Shown here in pieces: positions 63,227 through 64,000 of a stretch of 64,000 nucleotides of DNA (position 1 is the first letter of the stretch; each line of letters begins with the position of its first letter). The notes below the pieces were generated by a model. It was not told the origin of the DNA, ran no database searches, and saw only the letters and a program-made list of their open reading frames with translations. The translations under genes and the position numbers were made by a program. The stretch comes from Podarcis cretensis (lineage: Eukaryota): positions 40,548,001 through 40,612,000 of the forward strand of contig OX638158.1 in the NCBI GenBank assembly GCA_951804945.1. The letters are read 5' to 3'.

Positions 63227-64000
63227 AACACTAGAAGCAGGCTACAGGCTGGGCAGCAGATTTCTTCTGGAATCCAAGGCTGTGGCTGTGAGAGAAGCAA
63301 GACCTTGTTGGGATGTTAATGCTCTGAGTCTCTCCATCAAAGGGACCATAGTCTCCACTGTCCCTCATTTCGAGGAAACCAAACTCTGGGTAAGCAACTG
63401 GAACCCCCGGAATCTTGCACGACTCGGAGATTGGGGTGGCATGCAACAATATGCTTTCTTGAGAGTAAACCCTCTTGATTTACTTCCAAAAATGAGTAGC
63501 ATTGGAAGGACTTCCATCTAGAGTGGGGGATATTTTTTATTTTATTTTATGTATTTTAAAAATGTATTAAAAGTATTAATGAGTTGCCCTCTAATAGAGT
63601 TCGCCGAATGGCCCACAGCAAGAAATAAAACCAATTTTAAATTCATTAATAGTGAGAACAGCAATAAATGCATAAAAAGCATAAAAAACCACATTCATGT
63701 GGAGCTTCAACAACTGAAAACTAAAACAGATTTAGGGTTGCAATACTGTGGTCATTGTGAAGGCATCTCTGGGGCCACAGGACCCATCAGATCTCCCTTT
63801 CTGAGGGGGTAGAAAAAGGAGCAACCTCATGGAGGTTGTGTGAGGCTGCAGAAAAGTCCACAGCTGGCTCCTCTAATGTCAGAGCAGGAAAAGAGAGGGT
63901 ATTCAGGGGGTGGGTAGCAGGAAACACTGCAGAACGTCAGGATTCACCCATTCTCAGGAGTGCCCTCATTACTGAATGTTGTACAAACTATGCCTGCAAC

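Overview
A 64-kb AT-rich, non-coding vertebrate window, either intronic or intergenic. The repeat content (Sauria SINEs, BovB, squamate-type L1/L2/CR1, a Squam3-like SINE) points to a squamate, probably a lacertid lizard; this is inference. I recognise no host protein-coding exon, tRNA or rRNA, and almost all entries in the ORF track are chance ORFs or transposon fossils. The window is a dense, often nested mosaic of non-LTR retrotransposon fragments, SINEs, a solo LTR and many hAT- and Tigger-type MITEs, many with readable target-site duplications (TSDs). The most unusual items are: (1) a 1.66-kb, apparently full-length, non-autonomous L1-like retroposon with a CpG-rich, hairpin-rich 5' end, a poly-A tail and a 16-bp TSD, nested in a hAT MITE (38608-40263); (2) a decayed Penelope-type minimal hammerhead ribozyme (35854-35895); (3) a perfect 29-bp inverted repeat (59738-59798); (4) a possible DIRS RNase H fossil; (5) an extended CTCF/YY1 motif and several TE-free, CpG-retaining candidate conserved non-coding elements. 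Family names come from recalled consensus features, not database searches. Boundaries of old fragments without TSDs are approximate.
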